A stretch of DNA of 64,000 bases from a virus, in the IMG/VR virus record IMGVR_UViG_3300035670_000167, positions 5,634-69,633 of that record; one strand, 5' to 3'. Positions 31,101 to 41,516 of the stretch are shown here, piece by piece. A program made the translations under genes and the position numbers. The notes under the pieces were generated by a model. The model worked only from the letters and a program-made list of their open reading frames with translations, searched no databases and was not told the DNA's origin. Within the stretch, counting starts at the first letter, position 1. Every line of letters starts with the position of its first letter.

Positions 31101-34100
31101 ACTTGTTCCGGCATTGCCCGAATTACCATTAGTACCTGTTGAACCTGAAGAACCAGATGTTCTACTTAAACCAGAAGTACCATCATTACCTGAGGTACCA
31201 ACTGTACCTGAAGAACCGGATGAGCCTGAACTACGGCTTAATCCGCTTGTTCCAGCATTACCACTTGTTCCATTTGAACCAGTAGTTCCTGAAGAACCAC
31301 TTGTATTTGATGAACCACTAGTTCCAGCAGCTCCTGTAGTACCTGCTGTACCCGTTGAACCGGAAGTTCCTGAGTTAGCACTAACACCACTTGTACCGGC
31401 ATTTCCACTTGTTCCATTTGAACCTGTTGTACCTGATGATCCTGATGTATTACTTAATCCACTAGTACCTGCTACTCCTGCTGAACCGTTAGTACCAGTT
31501 GAACCTGAAGAACCAGAAGTATTTGAAGCACCTGAAGTACCTGCATTTCCTGAAGTACCGTTTGTACCTGTAGATCCTGAAGAGCCACTTGTACCAGATG
31601 AACCTGAAGTTCTACTTGAACCAGAAGTACCATCGTTTCCTGAAGTACCGTTTGTACCAGCTGAACCGCTTGAACCTGAAGTTCTACTTAATCCTGAAGT
31701 ACCGTCGTTACCTGAGGTACCTATTGAACCCGAAGATCCTGATGAACCTGAACTACGACTTAATCCACTTGTTCCAACGTTACCTGAGGTACCGTTTGTA
31801 CCAGTTGAACCACTTGTTCCTGAAGTAGCGCTAGCACCTGATGCACCTGCAGCACCTGAAGAACCTGAAGTACCAGTTGAACCTGAAGAACCACTTGTTC
31901 CTGAAGTAGCACTTGCTCCTGAAGCGCCTGCAGCTCCTGAAGAACCTGAAGTTCCTGTTGAACCTGAAGAACCGCTTGTATTTGATAATCCACTAGTTCC
32001 AGCTACACCTGAAGTACCATTTGTACCAGTAGATCCTGATGAACCTGAAGTATTACTTGCACCTGATGTTCCAGCATTACCACTAACTCCTACTGAACCT
32101 GATGTACCTGTAGAACCACTTGTTCCACTTGTTGCGCTAGCACCACTATTTCCAGCATTACCTGATGAACCATTTGAACCTGAACTTCCTGAAGTGCCTG
32201 ATAATTGACTTAATCCGTTTGTTCCAGCAGCACCTGTTGAACCATTTGAACCTGAACTTCCTGATGAACCAGAAACATTACTAATACCTGAAGTACCAGC
32301 CGCTCCTGATGAACCATTTGAACCGCTTGTACCTGCAGATCCTGATGTATTTGAATTACCTGAAGTACCTGCATCCCCTGTTGAACCATTAGTTCCTGAG
32401 GTACCACTTGAACCTGAGCTTCTACTTAATCCACTTGTTCCTAAATCTCCATCTCCGGAAGTACCGTTTGTACCTGATGTACCTGAAGATCCTGAACTGC
32501 GACTTAAACCTGAAGTTCCTATATTACCTGAGGTACCAACTGAACCTGAAGATCCACTTGTTCCTGAAATTTTACTTTGACCTGAATCTCCAGCTTCACC
32601 TGTTGAACCGTTTGTACCTGAAGAACCACTTGTGCCTGATGTATTACTTAATCCTGAAGTACCAGCATTACCTGTTGAACCATTAGTACCGCTTGTTCCG
32701 CTTGAACCTGAACTGCGACTTAAACCTGAAGTTCCTAAATCTCCATCTCCGGAAGTACCATTTGTACCACTTGTTCCACTAGAACCTGAAGTTCTACTTA
32801 AACCACTTGTACCTATATTTCCTGAAGTACCAACTGAACCTGAAGACCCAGATGTACCACTTGTATTACTTAATCCTGATTCACCAGCAACACCTGAAGA
32901 ACCTGTAGTTCCTGTTGAACCTGAAGAACCAGATGAACCTGAAGTTCTGCTTAAACCTGAGTTACCGTCAACTCCTGTTGAACCGTTTGTTCCAGAAGAA
33001 CCACTTGAACCAGAAGTTGTACTTAATCCACTTGTTCCAGCATTACCTGAGGTACCAACTGAACCACTTGTTCCTGAAGAACCTGAAGTAGCACTTTCAC
33101 CTGAAGTTCCAGCGTCTCCTGTTGTACCGTTTGTACCAGAAGTACCTGAAGAACCACTTGTATTAGATAATCCACTTGTTCCAGCTTCACCTGAAGAACC
33201 GTTTGAACCAGATGTGCCTGAGGAACCACTTGTGTTTGAAACACCTGAAGTTCCGGCATCTCCTGTAGAACCTACAGTTCCTGAAGAACCGCTTGTACCT
33301 GAAGTAGCACTTTCACCTGAAGTTCCAGCGTCTCCTGTTGTACCGTTTGTACCAGTTGAACCACTCGTACCTGAAGTAGCACTTTCACCTGAAGTTCCAG
33401 AGTCTCCTGTTGTACCGTTTGTACCAGAAGTACCTGAAGAACCAGACGTTTCACTATTTCCTGAAGTACCAGCATTACCACTTGTACCATTAGATCCAGT
33501 AGTTCCTGAGGAGCCACTTATGTTTGATAATCCGCTTGTTCCAGCATCTCCTGAAGAACCATTTGTACCTGTTGAACCAGAAGTACCAGATGTGTTACTT
33601 AAACCACTTGTTCCAGCATTACCACTAGAACCATTAGATCCTGAAGTGCCTGAGGAACCAGACGTTTCACTATTTCCTGAAGTACCCGAAGTGCCTGTTG
33701 AACCTGATTCTCCACTTGTTCCTGAAGTACCAGATGAACCTGATTCTCCACTTGTTCCTGAAGTACCTGAGGTTCCATTTTCACCAGAAGTACCTGATGT
33801 GCCTGTTGAACCACTAGTACTACTTACACCTGAAGTGCCTGTTGAACCATTATCACCACTTGTTCCACTTGTACCTGTTGTTCCGGATTCACCTGAAATA
33901 CCTGAAGTACCTGAGGTACCATCTTCACCACTTGTTCCTGAAGAACCAGTTGTTCCTGATTCACCTGAAATACCTGAAGTACCGAAAGTACCATTTTGAC
34001 CTGAAGTACCTGCTGAACCAGTTGAACCAGAATTTCCTGAGATACCTGAAGTACCTGTTGAGCCATTCTCACCTGAGGTACCTGAAGTACCTGTTGAACC

Positions 34101-36320
34101 ATTATCACCACTAGTACCATTTGTACCTGTTGAACCACTAGTACCACTTAAACCTGAAATACCAGATGTACCTTCTTCTCCTGAAGAACCATTTGAACCT
34201 GATGTACCTGAAGTACCAGAGATAGCACTTTCACCTGAAGTTCCAGCTTCACCTGAAGTACCAAATGTACCTGATGTTCCGCTTGAACCAGATGTTTCAC
34301 TATTTCCTGAAGTTCCAGCTTCACCTGAAGTACCAGATGAACCTGAAGTACCGGATAAACCTGAAGTTCCAGCTTCACCTGAAGTGCCTGAGTCGCCACT
34401 TGTTCCTGAAGAACCTGATGTGCTTGATCCACCAGAAGTACCAGCAGTACCAGTTGAACCACTTTGTCCTGAAATACCTGAAGTACCATTTGAACCACTT
34501 TCACCTGAAATACCTGATGAACCTGTAGAACCAGACTCACCTGAAATTCCTGAGGTACCTGTAGTGCCATCTTCACCAGAGGTACCACTTGTTCCTGTGG
34601 AACCAGAATTACCTGAAATTCCTGAAGTACCTATAGTACCGTTAGCTCCTGAACTACCTGAGGTGCCAGTTGAACCACTTACACCTGAGATACCTGAAGA
34701 ACCGATAGTACCGTCTTCACCAGATGTACCAGAAGTTCCTGTTGAACCGGATTCACTACTTATTCCTGAGGTACCTGTAGTACCATTTTCACCTGAAGTT
34801 CCATTACTTCCTGTAGTGCCACTAGTACCTGCTAAACCTGAAGTTCCTAAGGTGCCATTTTCACCTGAGGTTCCATTAGAACCAGTTGTACCAGATGTAC
34901 CACTTACACCTGATGTACCATTTATTCCATTTTCACCTGATATACCATTTGAACCATTTGTACCTGAAGTTCCTGATTCGCCTGAAATTCCTGAAGAACC
35001 GTTTTCTCCACTTATTCCATTAGAACCAGTTGTACCAGATGTACCACTTATACCTGATGTACCGTCTTCACCTGAAGTACCAGATGTACCATTTTCGCCT
35101 GAGGTGCCAGCTAAACCTGAACTACCTGAAGTACCGTCTTCACCTGAAGTTCCGGATGTTCCTGAAGTTCCTGAAGTTCCACTTGTTCCTGAACCTGGAA
35201 GATCACCAGGTCCTGTTCTACCTGAACTACCTATTGTACCACTTGTGCCACTTGTTCCTGAAGTACCAGATTCACCTGAGGTACTATTTAAACCTGAAGT
35301 ACCTGAAGTTCCGTCTTCACCACTAGTACCTGAAGTACCAGATTCACCACTAGTACCAGATAATCCTGAAGTACCGGATGTGCCATCTTCACCACTTGTT
35401 CCTGAAGTACCAGATTCACCTGAGGTACCATCTAAACCAGACGTACCGGATGTACCATTTTCACCAGAAGTACCATTTGTTCCTGTTTGACCTGAAGTTC
35501 CTGAAGAACCAGTTGAACCTGAAGTACCATTTATTCCTGAAGTACCTGAAGTACCTGTTAATCCACTTGTTCCGGCTAAACCTGAAGTACCTGAAGTACC
35601 GTCTTCGCCTGAGGTGCCATTTGTACCTATTTCACCACTAGTACCAGATAACCCTGAAGTACCAGATGTGCCATCTTCACCACTTGTTCCCGATGTACCA
35701 TTTTCTCCTGAAGTACCGGATGTACCATTTTCTCCTGAAGTACCGGATGTACCCTTTTCTCCTGAAGTACCGGATGTACCATTTTCGCCTGAAGTGCCAG
35801 CATCACCTGAAGTGCCAGAAGTACCATCTATTCCTGAAGTACCGGATGTACCAGTTTGACCTGAAGAACCAGTTAAACCTGAAGTACCAGAAGTACCACT
35901 TGCACCACTTGTTCCTGACTGTCCTGTGGTTCCTGAAGAACCAGCAAAACCACTTGTACCTGAAGTTGTATTTACATATCCTACAACACCTGTGGTTGGG
36001 TTATAAGTTACAACATAATTTATATCTTGAACAGGAAGTGTTTGAAGTATAATTGGTTGAGATGATCCTGAAATTACTAAAGAACCAGTAATAACAGCTG
36101 AACCTGAAAAAGGAAATCCTACTCCTGAACCAGAAACATATACTGTAACACCTGTAGTATCAAAAGTAGTTAGTTCAACTGAACCTGAAAAATTTAGGAA
36201 AGGTACACTAGCACTAACTAATGTACCATTTTGATAAATGTCAATTGTACCACTACCATCGGTAGAATTTACTTGGTACACACCAACGGGAACTTGATCT
36301 AAAAATCTTACTTGAGCCAT
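28122..36320 (-). CDS. Giant Gly-X-Ser/Thr collagen-like virion fibre protein (2732 aa)
   Basis: About 115-aa N-domain, about 2380 aa of G-x-S/T/N triplets, fibre-type [18 protein letters not shown], and a C-terminal decoration/fibre-like domain (GQLV, GDPLYVG..AG). Late motif at 36339-36347. Confidence 0.88.
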   Translation of the reverse strand: MAQVRFLDQVPVGVYQVNSTDGSGTIDIYQNGTLVSASVPFLNFSGSVELTTFDTTGVTVYVSGSGVGFPFSGSAVITGSLVISGSSQPIILQTLPVQDINYVVTYNPTTGVVGYVNTTSGTSGFAGSSGTTGQSGTSGASGTSGTSGLTGSSGQTGTSGTSGIDGTSGTSGDAGTSGENGTSGTSGEKGTSGTSGENGTSGTSGENGTSGTSGEDGTSGTSGLSGTSGEIGTNGTSGEDGTSGTSGLAGTSGLTGTSGTSGINGTSGSTGSSGTSGQTGTNGTSGENGTSGTSGLDGTSGESGTSGTSGEDGTSGTSGLSGTSGESGTSGTSGEDGTSGTSGLNSTSGESGTSGTSGTSGTIGSSGRTGPGDLPGSGTSGTSGTSGTSGTSGEDGTSGSSGLAGTSGENGTSGTSGEDGTSGISGTSGTTGSNGISGENGSSGISGESGTSGTNGSNGISGENGINGTSGVSGTSGTTGSNGTSGENGTLGTSGLAGTSGTTGSNGTSGENGTTGTSGISSESGSTGTSGTSGEDGTIGSSGISGVSGSTGTSGSSGANGTIGTSGISGNSGSTGTSGTSGEDGTTGTSGISGESGSTGSSGISGESGSNGTSGISGQSGSTGTAGTSGGSSTSGSSGTSGDSGTSGEAGTSGLSGTSGSSGTSGEAGTSGNSETSGSSGTSGTFGTSGEAGTSGESAISGTSGTSGSNGSSGEEGTSGISGLSGTSGSTGTNGTSGDNGSTGTSGTSGENGSTGTSGISGNSGSTGSAGTSGQNGTFGTSGISGESGTTGSSGTSGEDGTSGTSGISGESGTTGTSGTSGDNGSTGTSGVSSTSGSTGTSGTSGENGTSGTSGTSGESGSSGTSGTSGESGSTGTSGTSGNSETSGSSGTSGSNGSSGNAGTSGLSNTSGTSGSTGTNGSSGDAGTSGLSNISGSSGTTGSNGTSGNAGTSGNSETSGSSGTSGTNGTTGDSGTSGESATSGTSGSTGTNGTTGDAGTSGESATSGTSGSSGTVGSTGDAGTSGVSNTSGSSGTSGSNGSSGEAGTSGLSNTSGSSGTSGTNGTTGDAGTSGESATSGSSGTSGSVGTSGNAGTSGLSTTSGSSGSSGTNGSTGVDGNSGLSRTSGSSGSSGSTGTTGSSGVAGESGLSNTSGTSGSSGSVGTSGNIGTSGLSRTSGSSGTSGTNGTSGDGDLGTSGLSRSSGSSGTSGTNGSTGNAGTSGLSNTSGTSGSSGTNGSTGEAGDSGQSKISGTSGSSGSVGTSGNIGTSGLSRSSGSSGTSGTNGTSGDGDLGTSGLSRSSGSSGTSGTNGSTGDAGTSGNSNTSGSAGTSGSNGSSGAAGTSGISNVSGSSGSSGSNGSTGAAGTNGLSQLSGTSGSSGSNGSSGNAGNSGASATSGTSGSTGTSGSVGVSGNAGTSGASNTSGSSGSTGTNGTSGVAGTSGLSNTSGSSGSTGTSGSSGAAGASGASATSGTSGSSGSTGTSGSSGAAGASGASATSGTSGSTGTNGTSGNVGTSGLSRSSGSSGSSGSIGTSGNDGTSGLSRTSGSSGSAGTNGTSGNDGTSGSSRTSGSSGTSGSSGSTGTNGTSGNAGTSGASNTSGSSGSTGTNGSAGVAGTSGLSNTSGSSGTTGSNGTSGNAGTSGVSANSGTSGSTGTAGTTGAAGTSGSSNTSGSSGTTGSNGTSGNAGTSGLSRSSGSSGSSGTVGTSGNDGTSGLSRTSGSSGSTGTNGNSGNAGTSGLSATSGSSGSTGTAGTTGNAGTSGVSANSGTSGTTGSNGTSGNSGNAGTSGLSNTSGSSGTTGSVGTSGVAGTSGPSQTSGTSGSSGTNGSSGDTSNSGLSRTSGSSGSTGTNGTSGNSGNAGTSGASATSGTSGSAGTSGTSGNAGTSGASANSGTSGSAGTAGTSGNTGTSGLSRTSGSSGTTGSNGTSGNNGTSGNSGNSGTNGTTGSNGTSGNNGNNGNSGLSGTSGTTGSNGTSGNSGNAGTSGLSRTSGSSGTNGSNGTSGNNGTSGNAGTSGLSRSSGSSGTTGSNGNSGNAGNSGLSATSGSSGTNGSNGNSGNAGTSGLSRTSGSSGTNGSNGTSGNNGTSGNAGTSGLSRSSGSSGTTGSNGTSGNAGNSGNAGTSGLSATSGSSGTNGSNGNSGNAGNSGLSQTSGTSGSSGTNGSNGNSGNAGTSGLSRSSGSSGTTGSNGNSGNSGNSGTSGLSATSGSSGTTGSSGNSGNAGNSGLSRTSGSSGTSGSSGTTGSNGNSGNAGNSGLSRSSGSSGTSGSSGTTGSSGNSGNAGNSGLSRTSGSSGTSGSSGSNGTSGNSGNSGNAGTSGLSRSSGSSGTSGSSGTTGSSGNSGNAGNSGLSRTSGSSGTSGSSGSNGTSGNSGNSGNAGTSGLSRSSGSSGTNGSNGNSGNNGVSGNSGNSGTSGSNGSSGNSGNNGNSGASGTSGTTGSSGTNGVSGNKGNSGVSALSGSSGSSGSNGTSGANGTNGTSGVAGTSGQSINGTSGISGGVFTNQPDYLVRTTSTTTVQSVSFLYADITNTRLGVNTTGPTQTLDVNGSVSFSGENVLWSDAENYLWAGDTALSGTTITAKLYPGHTSILDPNQAAVYVQGTILHSQTSGEALTVGQLVHYQAASGQWFRTDADALSTTEFILGVVLRTVAGVGNEISVLIDGIYTTNLIDGVATIGDPLYVGTTAGNVSATVPTAAGSIIRGVGNVIRQNGAYYTINFRPDTTYFTNG
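28820..35970 (-). repeat. About 7.1-kb 9-nt-periodic coding repeat with nested larger duplications
   Basis: Continuous (CCTGAAGTA)-like units. Near-identical blocks at 29152/29341 (189 nt apart), 30007/30241 (234 nt) and 32440/32734 (294 nt). Confidence 0.95.
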
Positions 36321-36338
36321 TCTTCAGGGTTTGTCTTA

Positions 36339-36347
36339 TATAAATAT
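36339..36347 (-). promoter_or_regulatory. Late promoter motif ATATTTATA (representative copy of about 17 exact copies)
   Basis: Plus-strand TATAAATAT also at 1008, 2368, 16744, 20624, 21202, 22991, 37840, 39080, 39508, 40038, 48040, 50054, 51996, 54693, 58035, 60981, each just upstream of a minus-strand start. Confidence 0.8.
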
Positions 36348-36357
36348 TGGAAAAAAA

Positions 36358-37311
36358 TTATAGTGCATTAATCCTTTTTTTTGTTTGTAAAGAATTTGTT
36401 GGATCTGTGACTGTAATAGTTCCATCGCTGTTAACAGGGCTATTATATAAGGCATCCAAAGAAGATGCTTCAACTGAAAATATAATTTTTGTTGTTTCTG
36501 TATATTTTTTAATAGAATTAATATCTTTTTGTAAAATTTCGGGAACAATATATCCATTTAATCTAATATTAAAAGTACTTCTAACTATTCTTTCATCATC
36601 TTGGCTTAATTCAGTTTGAAAACCAAAGGAATCAATCATAGCTCTAAATTTATATCTTTGTGGGTCACCCCAATAGGCATCAGAAGCATATTCAATTGCT
36701 TCGACTATTTTGTTGAGTTGTTCTACATAATATGTAAATACAGCACATGTATATGATATTGTAATGTAATCCGGAATAACAGTTGCATAATATTGTTTTT
36801 CTGGGATTCTATTAGTTAAAACTTTAAAATTATCATATGAATTTCTAGCATCATATTTTTTTGTAGAAACACTATAATTATGAGGGTTATTAGCGTCTAA
36901 TTTATTACCTACAGATCTAACTTTTTCTAAAGACTCACGTTTAAACATAATTAAAGGAGCCATAATTTTAGATTTTTGATCTCTGTAGTATCCATCTTTT
37001 TGAAATGATTTCCATTTTTCAGGAGAACCATAAATTATAGGAACCGGTAAACGAGCACCATTTTGTATAACGGAAGGTTGAATAACATTTTCAAAATAAT
37101 AAAATACAGCTTCATCAATATCTTTAATACCAATACTAAAAGGTTTTGTATTATCATTACGAAATGATGTCTGTAATGCACGGTTAACACCAGGAACATT
37201 AGAGTCGGCGTAGTTTGGATTTCCCGCTGGTATATACGTTGATACATGCTGTTCAACGCTAATTTCACGTTGAGTCTTAGGTGTTGGTTTATTTAATCTT
37301 CCATTACTCAT
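36358..37311 (-). CDS. Tail terminator / sheath stabilizer (gp15-like)
   Basis: VPIIYGSPEKW, P.Y..ISY, QLNKIVE motifs. Follows the gp13/gp14-like genes. Confidence 0.75.
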   Translation of the reverse strand: MSNGRLNKPTPKTQREISVEQHVSTYIPAGNPNYADSNVPGVNRALQTSFRNDNTKPFSIGIKDIDEAVFYYFENVIQPSVIQNGARLPVPIIYGSPEKWKSFQKDGYYRDQKSKIMAPLIMFKRESLEKVRSVGNKLDANNPHNYSVSTKKYDARNSYDNFKVLTNRIPEKQYYATVIPDYITISYTCAVFTYYVEQLNKIVEAIEYASDAYWGDPQRYKFRAMIDSFGFQTELSQDDERIVRSTFNIRLNGYIVPEILQKDINSIKKYTETTKIIFSVEASSLDALYNSPVNSDGTITVTDPTNSLQTKKRINAL

Positions 37312-37832
37312 TATAATCTCGATAATTCTATATTAATTTTATCAGATGGAGTATAATGTGCTTTACAAATTACAGATACACTATATCCAAATTGACCTAA
37401 ATCTTCTTCATAGGGGTTATTTCCTTCTCCATCTAAATAAGGATATTCAGGATCTTTACCTACAAAGAATTGAGCTGTACTAACATTATCTATTTCCCAA
37501 TATCCATTTTGATACATAATAATATCTCCAGCTTCAGGGTATACATTAGCATCAACTAAATCATCTTTTAAAAATTTATAAGTTACTTGCCATTTAAAAT
37601 CTACCCCAAAATCATCTACTGGGTTTTCAAATTGACTTGTTTCTATTAAAGCAAATAATATTACTGGGTCTGCAAAATTTCTACCTTCAACTGATTCACC
37701 ATACATATTTACTTTAGTTGTAGTAACATTATATTTATAAAACACACATTGTTGAGAAATAATATCTTGCATCAATTCGCGATTTACGAATCGAAACATA
37801 GAAATATCTCTCATTTGTCCGTATAATGCCAT
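37311..37832 (-). CDS. Neck/head-closure protein (gp14-like)
   Basis: NMYGES, FGVD, P..GDII.Y...YWEI motifs. Confidence 0.75.
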   Translation of the reverse strand: MALYGQMRDISMFRFVNRELMQDIISQQCVFYKYNVTTTKVNMYGESVEGRNFADPVILFALIETSQFENPVDDFGVDFKWQVTYKFLKDDLVDANVYPEAGDIIMYQNGYWEIDNVSTAQFFVGKDPEYPYLDGEGNNPYEEDLGQFGYSVSVICKAHYTPSDKINIELSRL

Positions 37833-37833
37833 G

Positions 37834-39066
37834 TTATCCTATAAATATTGTCATTGGTACTTGGTTAATCTCAGCAACTCTTGCTACCGATTCTGCTGCT
37901 CTTCTTTCAAGTAATGCTTGACGTGAAGTTTGATCAAAATATTCTCTTAATCTTGTTATTAATGCTGTTTTTTCTGCTTCAGCTGATGTAACTAAAGAAT
38001 CTCCGTTTAATGTTACTTCAGCTCCTGGGATTGGAACAGAAGCATATTTATTTCTTACTAAACCTAACATTTCTTTAGCTTTTGCTAAAGTATATTCAAA
38101 AATCCAACTTCTACCTATTGAATTAATTTTAGAATAATTTGGATTTAAATATGGAGCTGTAGCTGTATCTGTAATTTTATTAGTACCATCAGCAAAGGCT
38201 ACATCTATTCTATCTTGTATTTTAATAAAATCAAATATTAAATAATGTCCATACCCTAAATCTCCGCCTCCGTCAAAATCATCTCCTGTTAAACCAGTTC
38301 CGGGGATTGGGAATACTGAAATAATATTATTAATGATATTAAAAGTATAATTTGATAAAGTTACTGTATTTTGCATTTCAATGGCTTGCAAGTTTTGAAT
38401 TGTAAAACTTGTAGGCATCATTAAATAATTTGCATATCCATAACCTAAACCATAAACACCTGCAGGGGGAACTCCTCCTAATCCACCTTGTCCGGCTAAT
38501 AAAGTTGGTGAATATAATTGATTAATTGCTGGTGGTGGTTGGTAAAATACATTTTTAATTTCAATTCCACCGGAGATTCCTAAATCTAAAGCCCATGTGG
38601 ATAAATCATAATCTTGTACTCCAGGAATAAGTTCTAATTGACCTTTAAACCAAGTTACATTACCACCTGCTCCGGCTTCTTCTCCATATTGTTGAGATAA
38701 TCTAACAATAGTAGAAAATGTAGGTGTAAATATAGAATTATTTACATCTATTAATGTAGATGCTCCTTCTAAAGATAAATAATTATCTCTTAATTGAAAA
38801 GCATATAATTCATTTCCGTATACTGTTACTGCTTCTTCAAAAGCAGCAAAAAAGTTAATTTGTTGCAATTCAACATTTTCAATAGGATAACCTAAATGTA
38901 AGGCACAAAAGTTAGATACTTTATTTGCATCTGTTTGGAATTGGGGATCGTTATCATAAAATCCAAACGGTGTTGGAGGAGGCCATTGTCCACTAACATA
39001 ATAGTCATTATATACTTGAGCAAATGAAGCTGAACCGGGCCAAATAGGGATTACAGTAGATGCCAT
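37834..39066 (-). CDS. Neck/adaptor protein (gp13-like)
   Basis: LGYPIENVEL, GVQDYDL, WIFEYTLAKAKEMLG..R.KY..PIPG..VTLNG. Confidence 0.85.
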   Translation of the reverse strand: MASTVIPIWPGSASFAQVYNDYYVSGQWPPPTPFGFYDNDPQFQTDANKVSNFCALHLGYPIENVELQQINFFAAFEEAVTVYGNELYAFQLRDNYLSLEGASTLIDVNNSIFTPTFSTIVRLSQQYGEEAGAGGNVTWFKGQLELIPGVQDYDLSTWALDLGISGGIEIKNVFYQPPPAINQLYSPTLLAGQGGLGGVPPAGVYGLGYGYANYLMMPTSFTIQNLQAIEMQNTVTLSNYTFNIINNIISVFPIPGTGLTGDDFDGGGDLGYGHYLIFDFIKIQDRIDVAFADGTNKITDTATAPYLNPNYSKINSIGRSWIFEYTLAKAKEMLGLVRNKYASVPIPGAEVTLNGDSLVTSAEAEKTALITRLREYFDQTSRQALLERRAAESVARVAEINQVPMTIFIG

Positions 39067-39089
39067 AAATTTATTTTGTTATAAATATG

Positions 39090-39119
39090 AAAAAAAAGGG
39101 TTCCATTTTAGGAACCCTT
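39090..39119 (-). terminator. Intrinsic terminator
   Basis: AAGGGTTCC/GGAACCCTT stem followed by a U run. Confidence 0.8.
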
Positions 39120-39141
39120 ATATATTTATTTTTAATTTTAA

Positions 39142-39495
39142 TTAAAATAAAGCAACCCATGCACCTCCTGAAGAGAAGAAAGGAATACCACTTGATGAAA
39201 CAGCAAATGAAGCTGGATATGTAGTAGCTGATGGGAGGGTACTTTGAGTAGTTAAAGTAATTAAAGAAGATCCTGTTAATACTATTGAACCTGTTATAAT
39301 AAAATCACCTATCAATACACTTGAACCTGTAATTGTTGAAGAACCAGATACAACATTACTTCCTATAGTAGTATTTGAGCCACTAATTATTTGTGAACCA
39401 GTTACTGAGTGAGAACCTGTAAAATGTTGGAAGTTAGCATCTAACTCTTGAATAGTTAATGCTGATCCTTTTGTTTGTCTATACGTTAATGCCAT
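39142..39495 (-). CDS. Small fibre/decoration-like structural protein
   Basis: N-terminal LTYRQTKGSALTIQELDANF (fibre-attachment-like) and 6-residue (T/S)GS repeats. Confidence 0.65.
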   Translation of the reverse strand: MALTYRQTKGSALTIQELDANFQHFTGSHSVTGSQIISGSNTTIGSNVVSGSSTITGSSVLIGDFIITGSIVLTGSSLITLTTQSTLPSATTYPASFAVSSSGIPFFSSGGAWVALF

Positions 39496-39515
39496 GGTTT
39501 ATTTTATTATAAATA

Positions 39516-40022
39516 TTATGAAGATGCTACAATGTATTCTAATTGAATAGAACCTGTATATGTAGTATCTGTATCTCCTGCTTTTGCTTTGATTTCACTA
39601 ATATAAACAAAATCTGAATAATATTGTTCATCTACATATCCTTCTACAACATAATCTCCCACCTGTGAGGCATTAAAATCATCATTACTTAACATAAGAG
39701 ATTTACCCGGATCTACTTTAAACACAACAGACTCATCATTTGTTTTAATAATGTATACACTAGCAAATTTATTACTTGTTGTTAAATTTGTAATTCTAAT
39801 ATATTTAACATCTGAGTTTACAAAGGATCCTGGAGTTTGTTCTGGTTCTGAGTTTGTAAAAGCTATAATACCTACTCCAGATCCACTAAAATCATATGGA
39901 ATTGTATCTATCCTACGAACAAATTGGTTAACAGAAGGTATAACAACAGTATTAACAGCCGTCTCAATATTATTATTGGGAAGTAAGATTTGTTCCTGTA
40001 TAGTGACAGTTAAATTTGACAT
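39516..40022 (-). CDS. Putative structural protein
   Basis: VKYIRITNL motif and own late motif at 40038. Confidence 0.65.
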   Translation of the reverse strand: MSNLTVTIQEQILLPNNNIETAVNTVVIPSVNQFVRRIDTIPYDFSGSGVGIIAFTNSEPEQTPGSFVNSDVKYIRITNLTTSNKFASVYIIKTNDESVVFKVDPGKSLMLSNDDFNASQVGDYVVEGYVDEQYYSDFVYISEIKAKAGDTDTTYTGSIQLEYIVASS

Positions 40023-40066
40023 GATTTATGTGTTTGCTATAAATATTACAAAAATATTTTTCTTCC

Positions 40067-40801
40067 TTATTTTTTAGCTCTTCCGCTTGTTCCTGCGGAA
40101 CCAGTTGTAATTCCTATTTCTGCAGCTTCTTCGTACATTTGTAACAGGTCATCTACGATAGGATCTCTATGATTTTGTTTAAGAGTAATACCTACCATAT
40201 TTTTTATTTTACGAGATGCTGTATATAGAAATCTAAAGCCTGAATCACGTTTGGCTTTTAAATCGACTTGATAATCATCACCACAAACAATCATTTTAGA
40301 ACGTAAACCAATGCGAGTAGCAATCATTTCCATTTGTTCATGAGTAACATTTTGTGCCTCATCTACAATAATACAAGAATCTAAGAATGTTCTACCTCGC
40401 ATAAACGCTAAAGGTACAATTTCTATTTTACCGTCATTAATAAGAGCTTCTACTTTTTCTTTATCATAAAGAGAATACATATTTTGATAAATTGGTTGTA
40501 CCCAAGGGTCCATTTTTTCTCTTAAGTCACCTGGTAAGAAACCAATTTCTTCTCTTGATACTGTTGGGCGAGTAATTATAATTTTCTCAAAATGTCTTCT
40601 TAATAGACCATCTAATGCAATTTGACAAGCAAGTAATGTTTTACCTGAACCTGCTCTACCTGCTAAAATAGTAAGTGTATTATTTAGTATTTCTTCCTTA
40701 GCAGCTTTTTGCTCTTCGTTTAACGGGATTTTAAATTTAATTGGATTTTTGATAATTCTTTTTTCTCTAAATACCTCATCGGTATGATGGTTTGATGCCA
40801 T
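40067..40801 (-). CDS. phoH: PhoH-family ATPase
   Basis: GRAGSGKT, IGFLPGDL.EK, PLAFMRGRTF, DEAQN, GD..Q.DL. Confidence 0.96.
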   Translation of the reverse strand: MASNHHTDEVFREKRIIKNPIKFKIPLNEEQKAAKEEILNNTLTILAGRAGSGKTLLACQIALDGLLRRHFEKIIITRPTVSREEIGFLPGDLREKMDPWVQPIYQNMYSLYDKEKVEALINDGKIEIVPLAFMRGRTFLDSCIIVDEAQNVTHEQMEMIATRIGLRSKMIVCGDDYQVDLKAKRDSGFRFLYTASRKIKNMVGITLKQNHRDPIVDDLLQMYEEAAEIGITTGSAGTSGRAKK

Positions 40802-41516
40802 TGTCTTTTAAATTAAGTTTTACTAACTTATCGAGACCTGCATTAACGTGCATAGCATCATCTAATACAAGCTCGAAATCAAATCTTTCATCCAGAGGTA
40901 GAACTAAGTCTACTTGGGAACCCCATCGGATTAAGCTAAATCTTTCATTTTGAGCTACTAAATCCATTTGGTGTTTAAAGGGTGCAATCACGTTTACATC
41001 CTCATCGGCTATTTGTATTAGATAGTATGTGTAATCTAGAGAAGGAACATACACTTGGTTAAACATTCGTTCGTTATACTTCAAATAATCCATATTGTTA
41101 GGATTGATTACCTTATTTAAGATATCCTTCTCAACCGCTAACATTGGTTTATTTGTAGATTCAATGGGTTCTAAGTGTCTATATTTAAGTATTCCACCAT
41201 AGGGTATGCGGTTTATGTGAACGTCATAAAATGACATAAATATACCGATAACCAATGAGGGTTTATTATAATCACTATCACCCATTACATCCTTTAAGGT
41301 ATAATTCATACCTTTAATTTCCACAACTGATTCATCAGGTTGGACTACTTTTTGATATAGAATTGTTCCATCCGCTGGGCTATAAAAATGCTCATAATCA
41401 ATATAGTTTGGGCGGAGTGGGTCTCTAAAAAAGAAAGTATTTGATAATTCTCCTACAGGAAGTTTTTGTAATTCTTTAACTTCACCGTTTAGCCAATCTT
41501 CTAGTATTTGAGCCAT
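40776..41516 (-). CDS. Phosphatidylserine decarboxylase-family pyruvoyl proenzyme (no membrane anchor)
   Basis: FFRDP.R, SPADG, IFMS..DVHINR.P, NER, QIA, ERF.LIRWGSQVDL (G|S autocleavage site). Confidence 0.88.
   Translation of the reverse strand: MAQILEDWLNGEVKELQKLPVGELSNTFFFRDPLRPNYIDYEHFYSPADGTILYQKVVQPDESVVEIKGMNYTLKDVMGDSDYNKPSLVIGIFMSFYDVHINRIPYGGILKYRHLEPIESTNKPMLAVEKDILNKVINPNNMDYLKYNERMFNQVYVPSLDYTYYLIQIADEDVNVIAPFKHQMDLVAQNERFSLIRWGSQVDLVLPLDERFDFELVLDDAMHVNAGLDKLVKLNLKDNGIKPSYR

Noticed and set aside
28820-35970. Ice-nucleation protein interpretation of the Gly/Ser/Thr repeat
   Set aside because: It lacks the AGYGSTxT octapeptide and 16/48-residue periodicity. The register is a triplet.
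28916-36052. Many long plus-strand and alternate-frame ORFs (PEVP-, LKYL-, VLQV-rich)
   Set aside because: These are shadows of the 9-nt-periodic GxS repeat. They have no independent starts or promoters and their composition is dictated by the real minus-strand frame.
40067-40110. PhoH C-terminus TTGSAGTSG matches the fibre repeat unit
   Set aside because: Only nine low-complexity residues, so it cannot be distinguished from chance.
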